Shown in pieces: positions 1-11,136 of a stretch of DNA of 64,000 nucleotides (positions are counted from its first letter, which is position 1; every line of letters starts with the position of its first letter). The notes under the pieces were generated by a model, which had not been told where the DNA came from, made no database searches, and saw nothing but the letters and a program-made list of their open reading frames with translations. The stretch is from Selaginella moellendorffii. Lineage: Eukaryota > Plantae > Lycopodiophyta. The stretch spans positions 1,993,710 to 2,057,709 of the forward strand of contig NW_003314264.1 of NCBI RefSeq assembly GCF_000143415.4, read 5' to 3'. A program made the position numbers and the translations under genes.

Positions 1-199
1 TGAAAGAGCCTAGAAAATGAGTAAGTTAAGTAGGACAATCCATTGCCAAAGTTGTAGAATGGTGTGGTGTAGAATCGATAGCTTCTCCCTAGATATCCTG
101 ACAGAGTTTTGGATTCAATCCATGTAAATTCTAAATTTGCAAAGAAGGAAAGAAAGAGAAGGAATACCTAGATTGCAAGCTCCAAAAAAGACATGAGAA

Positions 200-890
200 C
201 CTCTAGACTGACCAGGATACATGATCCAAATAACACTATTGTCCTTGAAACCCAAGATATCAATAGGTCCATAGATAGGACAAGTGATGGCATTTGCAAC
301 ACTAGAGACAAATTGAAATTACATTCCAGAAGAAACAAACTTGCTCTATTGAAGGTCTCCCTCTCCTAGGACTGGTCTAGGCTGACCATCAAAACCACAG
401 CATCCGCCTTGGTTGCCACCTCAACCATGGACATTACCAGGTCACCTCAACTGCATGTTACGTATTGCATGAATTTTCATGGATAAGTTCGTTGGTCTAG
501 CTAGACAAAGATTTCTAGAACTTGACACCCTCTCCAATTGAGTAGAAGAGTGTGGGGTTGAATGACACAACCCTTTGTAACAGCCAGAGCAAGACCACCA
601 AACTGGACTACGGGGAGCTTCTTGACACCATTGATAACTAAGAACTCCTGGTTGCCCAGACTCTTGGCCCAATCTGCAAAACCCCATTCATAACTTGATT
701 CCATAGCAACAACTTCCTCCACCATCTTAGACATTAACCATGCTGCTGGTGTTGTCCTTCTATCAACTCGCACTCGAAACCTGCAGCCGGGGAATGACCA
801 TCATGTCCACTTTCTCATCCAGAGTGAGCCTCAAAACCAAGTCTTGGACGCGAACATCAATGCTGAGCTTGGTATCCAAGGCTGGCATAG
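200..890 (-). pseudogene. Degenerate GH3 beta-D-xylosidase (BXL-like) pseudogene
   Basis: Minus-strand fragments in different frames match plant GH3 BXL: 'DTKLSIDVRVQDLVLRLTLDEKV..IPRL', 'SYQWCQEA', 'VQFGGLA', 'SFNPTLFYSIGEGV', 'VIWIMYPGQSRG'. They are interrupted by stops, frameshifts and large deletions. Confidence 0.75.
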
Positions 891-1065
891 AAAACGACCA
901 GGATTATGCAGAGTCATCTCAGCAACAAGCGTTCCAAAGTGGACTAGATGATACTCCTAGCAGACCTTTGTAAATACACAATGAAGTCAAGATTTTGTTG
1001 TGCAATCTTTTGATTGATCAAATCGTGGCGCTGTAAAATATAGAAAACAGCCTCCAGACTGTGAT

Positions 1066-2079
1066 CTATCTTGCTCGGCGGCGCTTCATTTGCGAGCAGT
1101 CCGGGCAGTACCACTTGCCTTTAGGCCGCTCGCGAACTCCTGCGCACTCAAAGTGAAACCACTCGATTTTACACTGCGTGGAAAGAAGACAATGAAAACT
1201 TAGTCGATGAACAAGTGCTTGGTCGATTGAAACTTACGTCCGGGTTGTCGCAAGCGATCATCTCTCCGTATGAGACTTGGTTACAGAGGCAATACGTTGG
1301 CTCGTTTGGATCGACAGGTATGTCGAGATCTGTGCTGGGATTTTGTCGATCGTCCTCCCTGCACGAACTAGTGAGCCGAAAAATAGCTTGGAAGGAACAC
1401 TTCTTTACCCTGTAGCTCCAACATCCGCTTGTTGTTCGTCTCCTCCTTGCAAATCCTTTGCTGGTGTTTTTACAATCCCCAAATTATGTCACAAAACGAG
1501 ACCACGTAACGCGTGGAGTTTGTACCTTGCTCACAGTCTTCCTTGTACTTTTTGAGATACTTGTCAAGCCGCTGGATGTAATTGTCGACCTTGACACACA
1601 GCAGCTTTCTAAATGCGAGAAAGAAAGAAAGAAAGCTATAAGCCGATAGAGAGCGTACCATGTCATACGTTGAAAGAGCGAGTGCTACTTTCTCGTTTGC
1701 GACATCCACACAGGTCTTGTGCACCGAGGCAATGCTGCTTGCGTATTTGTTCGCCACAGCTTCCGCGGCGGCTCCTCCAGCTTTTAAAACTTGCTTGACA
1801 TCTTCCAGGCCGTGAGCACAGCATCCATGCATTTGTCTTTGAAGCTCTACGAGAAAATCACGTAAGGAAGAGAAGACTCTAACAAGTGAAAAGAATTACC
1901 ATTTTGTTGCTCATCGAGCTGCCGAATAAGCGAATAGTTTTGTTGGAGCTCCGCTGGTAGCGATGCTGTGCCTAAAGAACGCAGCGATGATACGTAAGCG
2001 CGAGAAAAAGGAAAGAGAATGAGAAAAAACTTTGATGCTTACTTCCTATAAAATCTTCGAGGAAGGAAATGCCGGTCAT
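1066..2079 (-). CDS. ING-family PHD finger protein (multi-exon)
   Basis: The N-terminus '[34 protein letters not shown]' fits the ING domain. The C-terminal PHD reads '[48 protein letters not shown]'. GT-AG introns; TAG at 1066-1068. Confidence 0.92.
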
Positions 2080-2279
2080 GACCTCTACAGTGATCCTCAA
2101 GGCTACAAAAGAAAAAATCCGCCTCAAACCACATCTAGCAAGCTCGGACCAACGCACCGCCACCAGATCAACGCTTACAAGCTCGAATTTCTTGCCTGAT
2201 CGACCGATCGAGCCCCAGGATCTATGCCTTGTATTGCCCACAGTGAACTTTGCCCTAACCCTAACCCCTGGGGGTTAGG

Positions 2280-3930
2280 ATGGGTTTTAAGCTCCTTTCC
2301 CTCCCATCTCGCTCGCGATGGCGATGGCGGCGATGCTACTCCACCAAGTTTGTCCCGCTCCTCCGGCACCAGGCCGAGAAGATCATCGACAGCGAGCCGC
2401 CGGTGAGTCGATTCCAGGATCCCGCGCTCCTGGGAGAGGCCGCTCGGCTCGCGAGTCTCGATCCATCGGAGATGAAGCTCGTGAGGCCGCTCAAGCTCGT
2501 CTACATTCCTTCCGAGGAGGTGCCAGTGCTCTACAATGCGGGGCCTAGGGACGCCGTCGGCCGCGTGTGGTGTGATAGCATGCTGGAAATTCTCAAGAGC
2601 CTGGGAAGCGAGAAGAAAGACGTGCTATGGCAGGTATTTTGATCGTTCTTTTGCTCGCGGTTCTAGATTTCTTGTGAGTTCTTGTGCTTGGTTGGATCTT
2701 TGCTGTGCATTTTCTTCGATCATCGTCCTTTTTTTGTCATAGATGGATCATCCACATTAATTTATCCATTAGATGCTTCAGTTTTTCCTATGCTTCTCTA
2801 TCCATGCTCTTCATCTTGTCCTCCCTTTCACTGTGGCAGCGTCAGTGTGGACAAAGGCATGCATCATCGCCGCCCAGGAGACTAGATTCCTCTCTGGCAT
2901 TTCATCCATTAGTTTATGTTCTTGGTGATTCACTCTTGTCCTCCATTAGTTTACGTTCTTGGTGATTCCCAAGATATTTTGTTTCTCTTACGCTCAGGAA
3001 ACTCATAAGTTTTTTTCTTGCCAGGAATGCGATGATTCCATGCTGAGCGCGCTGGAGCTCATTGGCTCGATATCACACATCGAGCCTGGCACCAGAGTGG
3101 TGAGTAATGAAGACAGGTCGCGGCAGTTCGTGATAGTGGACCTCAAACAGAAGGAGGAAATGTGTCGCAAGCTCGAACTGCTTCCTACGGACAGGCTCGT
3201 CACGGGTCTCGCGCTGTGTACCGTGCCTCGCAGGGCTCTCGAGCTGGGTGCGTTTGAGCCAGTCAAGACGAGCGGCGATCAGGTGGAGCTCAAGATCAAC
3301 GAGACGAAGCTTATCCTCCAGAGCGTAGAGAGGCACGTCCGGCTGAGGGAGCTCGGTCTCCAGGACTGGCTGAATCTCAAAGCTTGCGCTGGAACACTGG
3401 TGGTGAGGCACTGCGCGGTCGTAGACTTGAGCTGGCTGGGTGCCACCAGCAACGTTGGCTTGTTCTGGCCGGTTCGCGACTCAAAGTTCCTCAGCCTGGT
3501 ACAGAGACTCCTACGCGATATCAGTATCCGGACTCGTGGTTTCTGCGCACAGTGGGGTCCTTTCCAAGCGTCCAACATCCGTGAAGTGAGAATCGTCCCC
3601 CTGGAAGACATCACAGAGCTAGAGCGCGTAAAGTTTGTGGAGCCGAGGTGGCTGTCAAGCAGGGAGATTGTTCCGCGTCGCTCCAGCTTGCCAGCCGCGG
3701 CCGGCAAGAGAACTCTAAGGATTCGGGAGCCCATAGTTGGTCCAGGATACCGGCCCCGACCGAGATACTGGTATCGTCTACTCCAGGTGAAGCCACAGGA
3801 CATGAAAGACTCGGATGGCGGACACCATGGGTTCCGTGAGGTGCCGATACATATGGCGAACAGGAAGAAGCTCAACAGGACGCAGCGGATAAAGTTCGGG
3901 TTGATCAAGCCAAGAAAGAAGGGACAGTAA
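2280..3930 (+). CDS. Uncharacterised protein with mitochondrial-type presequence (2 exons, intron about 2634-3024)
   Basis: ORF 2280-2633 is joined in frame through CAG|GTATT...CCAG|GAA to the long ORF ending at 3930. The N-terminus is Arg/Ser-rich and lacks acidic residues ('MGFKLLSLPSRSRWRWRRCYS'). No recognisable domain. Confidence 0.65.
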
Positions 3931-4508
3931 AAAGCATGGTTTTGGGAGAGCTCAGCCGGCACGAAGTTTGGTCTGGTGGTAATTAACTGCGGTCTACTTT
4001 GGAGAATGCTCATCAGGTGACGTACCAACGAATTAAATGGCTCCACCATACAACGCCGTTTGCGGTGAAAAGGGAGCCGGTGTGTGAGCCGAGACGGTGA
4101 AGAGAGGAGAGGAGCGAAGCCACTTCTACTGTCACTCCACTGCTCCGAGTTCCTGCTCCGCCTGTACAACACCGGGTTTGGTTCTCTTCCCTCCACTCAC
4201 TCCTTATGCGTTAGATTTCTTACTCTTTTGTCTCTTTCTATCGCTCTCTCGATCTCACTTGCTTTCTCGGTCACTTGTGTTCTTAGAGTGTGCGGCATTT
4301 GGCTGTTTCGCGGAATGGGTCCGAGCACTTAGCTTCTGGAATGTGAGGGACCGGTCGTGAAATCGGGAGAGCAACTTGGGCGTTACAAGTCGATCGAGGA
4401 GCTTTCGCTTTTCCAATCTACATTCTGGTATTTCACTGCTTTCACTCTTTATGTGAATTCCTTTACTGTTTGCGGCCTTGCTCGTGCTTGCTTGCAGGTA
4501 GAAAAGCT

Positions 4509-6292
4509 ATGGTTGTTGCAATGCGGGAGTTCGACATGGAGCACCCGTATGACGTGATCGACAATTGCTCGGCCGACAACCGCGAGAAGCAGAGCGTGGT
4601 AGCCGACTTGGATGGCTCCTGCGTTCGCAGCCGGAGCTCCTTCCCTTACTTCATGCTGGTGGCTCTGGAAGGAGGCAGCCTCCTGAGAAGCGTGCTCCTC
4701 ATGGTCATGGCCCCCGTCGCGTGGCTGCTCTACCACTTCGTCTCGGAGGCAGCAGGCATCAAAGTCCTCATCTTCTTCTCCTGCGCCGGCCAGAGAGCTC
4801 GGGACATCGAAGCGGTGGCTCGCGCAGTTCTCCCCAAGTTCTACTCCGAGGACGTCCACAGCTCCACCTGGAGAGTCTTCTCGTCGTGCGGCAAGCGCTA
4901 CATTCTCACGGCCAGCCCGAGACTGATGGTGGAGCACTTTGCCACGACATACCTGGGCGCTGACAAGGTGATAGGGACGGAGCTGCAAGTGACAAGGAGC
5001 GGGTACGCTACGGGGTTCGTCAAGAGCCCCGGCGTTTTGGTTGGCGTCAACAAGAGGCGGGCATTGAAGGCCGTGTTCGGTGAGGAGGTGCCAGACCTGG
5101 GGATTGGCGATCGCAGCTCTGATTATCCGTTCATGGCTTTTTGCAAGGTTGGTACTTCTCGTTCTCTCTGAGCTCTCTTCCTTTTCGCCTGTAGTCAGCA
5201 GGAGCATATGCATATATTGCAGTGCATGCTATGCTAGTCTGTGATCTTTGGAGCAACTCGTCGCCTGGCTTTCTTTTTCTTTGATTTCGTTGTATGGTTG
5301 TTGGTGTCAAGTCCGCGTTGTCTTCGTTGTCTCCGTCGTCTTCTGGCTTTATTTCATCCACGGATGTGGAACTTCCGAGTCTCACCAGAACTAATAAAGT
5401 CGTCTCTCTTTTTTCCTTTTCGGCTTTGCAGGAAGCTTACATTGTTCCTAGCCAGCCTGCCGACGCCGTTCCAGCTCACAAACTCGCGCGCAAGATTATC
5501 TTCCACGACGGCAGGCTGGTCCAGAGGCCGACGCCGTTCGTGGCGCTGGTCACCTTTCTGTGGCTACCCGCCGGCTTCCTCCTGGCCTTCTTCCGCATCC
5601 TGGTGGCGCTTCCATGCCCGGTCGAGTACGTCCCGCTGCTCTACAAGGTGATCGGCGTCCGGCTCATCGTCAAGGGCAAAGTCCCGCCACCTTCCAAGAA
5701 CGGGATCCTCTTCGTCTGCACGCACCGGACGCTCATCGACCCGATAATGGCCTCGGCGGCCTCGGGGAGCGACGTGACCGCGCTCACCTACAGCATCAGC
5801 CGGGTGTCGGAGGTGCTCTCGCCCATCAAGACGGTGCCGCTGTCGCGGGACCGGGAGAGGGACGCCTCGAACATCAAGCGGCTGCTGCTGAAGGAGAACT
5901 TGGCGATCTGTCCCGAGGGAACGACGTGCCGGGAGCCTTTCCTGCTGCGGTTCAGCGCCCTGTTCGCGGAGCTGTCCGAGAACATCGTCCCGGTTGCGAC
6001 GTCGACCAAGACGAGCATCTTCCACGGGACGACGGTGCGGGGCTGGAAGGGGATGGACCCGTTCTTCTTCTTCATGAACCCGTTCCCGGTGTACGAGGTG
6101 ACGTTCCTCGAGCGGCTGCCGCACGATCTGAGCGTCCAGGGGGGCAAGTCGGCGATCGAGGTGGCCAACTACATCCAGAGGGTGCTGGCGGACACGCTGG
6201 GATTCGAGTGCACGAACTTTACGCGCAAGGATAAGTATGGGATGCTCATCGGCAGCGATGGAACGGTGCCTGCCAGGAAGAAGTCCTTTTGA
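4509..6292 (+). CDS. GPAT: sn-2 glycerol-3-phosphate acyltransferase, GPAT4/6/8 (cutin/suberin) clade; exons 4509-5147 and 5432-6292
   Basis: HAD-like N-domain ('[25 protein letters not shown]', '[11 protein letters not shown]') and acyltransferase motifs 'CTHRTLIDP' and '[23 protein letters not shown]'. Confidence 0.95.
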
Positions 6293-6574
6293 CCGCGAGG
6301 AGGAGCGAGAGAGATCGAGAGTGGAGGACAGGGCAGCAGCTCACAAAGCTATGGTGCGCTGCGGTTCTCTGGCAAAGCTTGCTTGGAAAGAATCTCAAGA
6401 AACGAGAAAGTTCGTGTCCTTCATTAGGGCAGATTTAAATTTAAAATGGCATCTCTGGCAGCATATCCTCTGCAAAGATTCAAGATTCTAGTAGCCCTAG
6501 ATTCCAGAATATTATCTATTATATTTGCGTTTGTTATAGTTTCATGTTCCAAAGATCATTGGCAAACGAGCTTT

Positions 6575-7732
6575 CTATTCTTTATCATTTCTAGCCAGTA
6601 AGGAGGGAGGGACAATTCTCTGATACTTGAAGGGTATAATAGAGCCGAGAGACCTCCTCTTGCAGTCCGGCAGCGGCAGTGGCGACCATGTCCGGCTCGA
6701 GATCTTGTAGACGCCCAGGAAGCCAATCGCGAGGAGACCAAAGACTACCTCGTCCTCGCAGGCCCCAGCGCTAACTAACAGCTCCCAGTTAAATATCTGC
6801 CGAGGAACCAGCCCCGGATCATCCAGCGGCATTGCCACAAAGGGCTGCCACTGCCCCAACCTCTCGTCCAGGAGCAGCAATGCTGGGACTCCTCTACCGC
6901 CACCGCTGCTTGTTTGCATGCACGGGAAGAGGATTCGTCCACCACAGACAACCGGCAGGGGATACACGTCAAATATGTCGGAGGTGCGCGTGTCACTGAC
7001 CATGAATCCCGGCGGCAGGCTCTTCCATCGCGCCAGAGTCCTCGTCCCCGAGTCTCGATCAAGGAAGCTAACAGACTTGAGCGAGTACTCCTTCTCCCCT
7101 AAACTCGTCCTGGTGATGAAAAAAAAGTGGCTTTCATCGCTGCAAAGACCGAGTATGGGAAGTGATGCCAGGATCTGGAAAGCTCCAATGTCCACTACCC
7201 AGTTCTCCCAGGCCGCCACTACTGCCGCACCACAGCAATTATAGTACATGTGGAGCTCCAGCTTGTCGTGACTGTGGGACTCCAACCCCGAAACGGTGAT
7301 ACTTCTCGAGTTCACGCCAGAGACCACCCGGAAGCTCGAGTCTGGGAATGCCTGGAAGCTGATGATGGTACCAGTGTGCGAGTCCGGTGGTGGAAGCCCA
7401 GTCCAGCTGCGAGTGAGGAAATTGGTGACGATCAGCTGGGCAGACATGGTCTCCACTAGGAGCCAGCCCGTCGACGTTGCTGCCCACACACGGCGGAGCT
7501 CTTCCGGGAAGTTTGGAAGGTAGTTCAGTGGAAGAGGCCTCCAGTGCTTCTCCCCAGGGCTCGCCATCTTATTGCGGTAGATGTAGAAGAACCTGGTGTC
7601 GCAGAGGGAGAGCACGCCCTGGCGCCAGGATTTGGAGACGAGCTTGGCGCGGAAGAGAGCCTGGAGAGGGAAGTGATCGAGAAGCTTGAGCTGGAAATCG
7701 AGCGGGAGATTTGCCCAGATGGATGCGTCCAT
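6575..7732 (-). CDS. F-box protein (intronless)
   Basis: F-box at the N-terminus ('MDASIWANLPLDFQLKLLDHFPLQALFRAKLVSKSW'), then 'AATSTGWLLV..LIVTNFLTRSWTGLPP', typical of plant F-box/beta-propeller proteins. An alternative upstream ATG lies at 7840. Confidence 0.85.
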   Translation of the reverse strand: MDASIWANLPLDFQLKLLDHFPLQALFRAKLVSKSWRQGVLSLCDTRFFYIYRNKMASPGEKHWRPLPLNYLPNFPEELRRVWAATSTGWLLVETMSAQLIVTNFLTRSWTGLPPPDSHTGTIISFQAFPDSSFRVVSGVNSRSITVSGLESHSHDKLELHMYYNCCGAAVVAAWENWVVDIGAFQILASLPILGLCSDESHFFFITRTSLGEKEYSLKSVSFLDRDSGTRTLARWKSLPPGFMVSDTRTSDIFDVYPLPVVCGGRILFPCMQTSSGGGRGVPALLLLDERLGQWQPFVAMPLDDPGLVPRQIFNWELLVSAGACEDEVVFGLLAIGFLGVYKISSRTWSPLPLPDCKRRSLGSIIPFKYQRIVPPSLLARNDKE

Positions 7733-7923
7733 TGGAGGCGAGCTGCCATGGAAAGAAATTCTAAGAAAGAGTATGGGATTCATATCGAGGAAATACCTTT
7801 CAACATTGTCAATGATGTTGCTGCCATGCACGCGCTTCATTCTCCTCGAGAGTTGCTAATCCTTTGCCCTACACCTCAGGGTTAAGGGCAACTGAATAAA
7901 ATCAGAATCCATAGTGATCTGAT

Positions 7924-9762
7924 TTATGTAAATACCCTTACATTTGCCATGAGGTTATACGCGACCGGATCGCTGGGATCTATCTTGACGAGCTCTTGGA
8001 ACGCCACCTTCGCCACCTTTGCGTTCTTCCACTTGTGGCAAGCCCCCAGCACCGTCCTCCACGTAACCGCGGTGGGCTCATGCGGCATTCCCCTCACCAT
8101 CGCCACCGCCTCCTCCAGCCGGTTGGCGCGGCCCAGCACGTCCACCATGCAGTGGTAGTGCTCGATCCCGCGAGGAACTCCACACCTCCCCATGGCCGCG
8201 AAGAGCCCCCGCGCGCGATCCACCATCCCGGCGTGGCTGCAAGCCGAGATCGCGCACACGAAGCTCGCGCCCACGGGAGGAATGCCCTCGTCGATCATCT
8301 GGCGGAAGAGCTCCAGCGCGCGATCGATGTCTCCGCCGTGGCTCAGCCCCGCCAGGAGCGCGTTCCAGGCGATGGAGTCGTTGCTCGCGGATGCCGCGAA
8401 GAGGCACTGCGCGTGGCGGAGGCTCCCGGATTTGCAGTAGGCGTCGATCAGCCCCGCGTGGAGGACGGGGAGGATCTCCATCCCCGCGCGGAGGATCCGC
8501 GCGTGGATGGATTGCGTGAGCGGCAGCGACGAGGCGGCGGTGGCGCACGCCTTGAGCGCGGCGCTCATCGCCCACGCATCGGCCGAGAGAGGAAGACACA
8601 ATTCACGCGAGAGGAGGAGCTCCAGCGCGAGCTCGCCCTCGCCGGCGCTGGCGTGCGCAGAGGCGATGGAGCTGACAGTCACGGCGCTGTGGGCTGGGAG
8701 GCGATCGAACGCCATGCGCGCGTCGATCAAGCTCCCACACTTGGCGTACATGTCCACGATCGCGCCGCCCAGGAATTCCTCGCGCTCGAATCCCCATCGC
8801 CTGGCCCGGGCGTGGAGCTCCATCCCCTCGCGAAGAGCGCCCATTTTCACCGCGATGTTCTTCCCGCCAGTCGAGATCTCTCGCGGCTTCTCGCTCGCTG
8901 CCAGGGCGATGCACGCCTTGATCGCCGCGAGAACACACCGAGCGTCTGGATCCGCGCAGCTCCGGCTGCCCGCCATGATCTTGAACGATTCCAGCGCCAG
9001 CGCCGCCTCTCCATTGTCCGCGTAGCCATTCACCAGCGCTGTCCACGCCACCACGTCCGGGCCATCGATCTGATCGAACACCCGGCGGCAATCCCTTGCG
9101 CTGCCACACCGCGCGTAGAAATCCACCAGCGCGGCGGCCAGGAACAGATCCCTGGAGCACCAGCAAGCATCGATCGTCGCGTGGATCGCCATGCCTTGCT
9201 CAAGAGCCCTAAGCTTCACCACTCTCCCGGGGGAGAGCTCCACGCCAGACTCCATCGATGCGAGCTCGCAGCACGCCCTGATCGCCGCGGAGAATGCCCT
9301 GGCATCCGGGGTGGGGATCGCCCGCGGCCTGGAGCGGAAGAGATCGAGCGCCGTGGAGGGATCCCCGGAATCGATGTAGGCCAGCATGAGCGCCGTCCAA
9401 GAGGCGAGGCTGTGGCCCGCGGGGGTGAGATCGAAGATCCGCCGAGCGTCGACGGTGCTGCCACAGCGGGAGTACATTGTGACAAGCGCGCTGGCGACGT
9501 AGGGATTGGAATCGAGGGAGCGAGCGGCGGCTTCCCCATGGATAATCCGGCCCTGCTCTAGCTCCTGGATCGCGGACGATGCCCTGAGCGCCGGGATGAG
9601 AAGCCAGATGCTTGGCTGCGGGCTCGGTCGCTGGATGTAGTACGCGGGGAGTCGAGATAGAGCGAATGCGCAGACCTGGTGGTAGTGCCGCCCTATGGAG
9701 CTTCGGATATTAGGGTTCCTGGGTAAGAACCCTAAACTCTCCAGCGTTATTCCGTTAAACAC
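7924..9762 (-). CDS. PLS-class pentatricopeptide repeat protein with C-terminal E domain (putative organellar RNA-editing factor)
   Basis: Repeated P/L/S motifs ('ALVTMYSRCGSTVDARRIFD', 'AIVDMYAKCGSLIDAR'), 'IEHYHCMVDVLGRANRLEEA' and an E motif 'MPHEPTAVTWRTVLGAC'. No DYW domain. The start is uncertain; the first in-frame ATG is at 9477. Confidence 0.88.
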   Translation of the reverse strand: MFNGITLESLGFLPRNPNIRSSIGRHYHQVCAFALSRLPAYYIQRPSPQPSIWLLIPALRASSAIQELEQGRIIHGEAAARSLDSNPYVASALVTMYSRCGSTVDARRIFDLTPAGHSLASWTALMLAYIDSGDPSTALDLFRSRPRAIPTPDARAFSAAIRACCELASMESGVELSPGRVVKLRALEQGMAIHATIDACWCSRDLFLAAALVDFYARCGSARDCRRVFDQIDGPDVVAWTALVNGYADNGEAALALESFKIMAGSRSCADPDARCVLAAIKACIALAASEKPREISTGGKNIAVKMGALREGMELHARARRWGFEREEFLGGAIVDMYAKCGSLIDARMAFDRLPAHSAVTVSSIASAHASAGEGELALELLLSRELCLPLSADAWAMSAALKACATAASSLPLTQSIHARILRAGMEILPVLHAGLIDAYCKSGSLRHAQCLFAASASNDSIAWNALLAGLSHGGDIDRALELFRQMIDEGIPPVGASFVCAISACSHAGMVDRARGLFAAMGRCGVPRGIEHYHCMVDVLGRANRLEEAVAMVRGMPHEPTAVTWRTVLGACHKWKNAKVAKVAFQELVKIDPSDPVAYNLMANVRVFT

Positions 9763-10539
9763 TCTTGGCGCAAATTTAACCGCGCTATCCGATCAGTGTG
9801 CTCGACAGAAATCCCTCCTGAGAAGAGCAAGAGCTCCGACATGGAATCAGAACATTGTCATTATAGGTCTTACATAAAGTTTTGTTAGATGAGCATGAGT
9901 TTCTAAAACGGGCATTGGAAATGTTAGACACATGAATCAATACTAGCAACTAGAGAAAGTACCATATTTTAAAAGAGTGCACCACTCATGGTGAAAGAGT
10001 TCTAGGCGACTGCTCTAAAAGGGGTTGCCTCTTCTTCCTCATTAAACTTTTGCCCCATGGGCACCTCTTTAATACTAGTCATCCAGAATTCTTTCACCAC
10101 GAGTAACACTTGCCCTAAATTTCACACCACAGTAACATCCTCCAATCTACAAAGCAGCATAGAAAAGCAAACCTAGAAGAAACCACCCCAACTGTTTCAT
10201 TTGAACAACATTCAAATCAAAACATTAAATAATTTGCTATGTATTGCATGTAGTAATGTTTGATTTATTTAATTAAATAAAAGCTTATAATTATGAACAT
10301 GTTTATAATTTCAAAATTAATCTTATTGCTAGATGGTAAAATAGAAAAGAATATACTAAAAAGTATTTAAGCAAGTGTATCAATCATAAACAAAATTATA
10401 AATACAAAAACCTGTTAGATAGCAGAATATTTTGAAATATCCAAACATATTCAGATATATCCATTTAGTCCCCTTACAGATTTGTTTCAGCAAACTAAAA
10501 ACATTAAATTTTAAAGCAAACCAAAACACCCACGGCATC

Positions 10540-10940
10540 CAAGCCAATGCTCAATCAATGCCCTTCTTCGCGATCAGAGATTATGCATGCCATTTTGTGC
10601 TCCCAAAACGAAAAGTTGACGCTCTCCCTCCTGTCTTCATGGAGAAGAGCAAAGCTGAGCTGCAACATAGGAATCAGGGCCACCTCAAGTATTGTTGTAG
10701 GGTGTCTCACAATTGGGCCATAGCTGCGGTTAGTGTTGTGGAAAAATTGGCCAGCAGACAGTCTCATGAGCAGAGACTGTCTCATATGAGCAGAAGGAAA
10801 TTTGGGAGACTGCTCCTCCAAACTTCCTTCACCATAAACAGGGCCCAAATTCTTCACCTCCCAGGAGCAATGTCTGTTGGCCAATCCTTGTACTCGCCAT
10901 TGATCACCATCCATTCACTAAAAGGCCCACTCTTTTAGAA
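10540..10940 (-). mobile_element. Decayed MULE/MuDR transposase fragment
   Basis: 'LSFALLHEDRRESVNFSF..ACIISDRE', followed after a frameshift by 'KGID*A', resembles the MULE DDE-region motif (LPLAFA..E..ESW.....IISDR.KGL..A). The flanks are AT-rich. Confidence 0.5.
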
Positions 10941-11136
10941 ATCTTTTGCGCTACTTTTAGCAGATCTATTGCCGGCGGAAAGGAATCCAAAACCTAAAAC
11001 AAATCACCCCAGCTGTTTCCATTTGACAACATGCTAACATTGACAAAAATTTATACTGTACATAGCGTAATTTTATTTTTTCCAATTTTTTCACGAACAA
11101 GCCAACTAGCCAACAATCAACCAGCATACATATAAC

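Noticed and set aside
440-780. LINE reverse-transcriptase remnant
   Set aside because: The resemblance was superficial. Fragments in other frames match GH3 beta-xylosidase much better.
7996-9561. Long antisense or alternate-frame ORFs over GC-rich genes (also 19266-20546, 3279-4196, 12929-13714, 48651-49592)
   Set aside because: They are shadow ORFs caused by high GC3 or repetitive coding sequence, with no protein-like features.
10432-10938. Papain-like protease fragment on the plus strand ('NQG..WAIAAVSVVE')
   Set aside because: It lacks the CGSCW catalytic motif, and the opposite strand fits a MULE transposase better.
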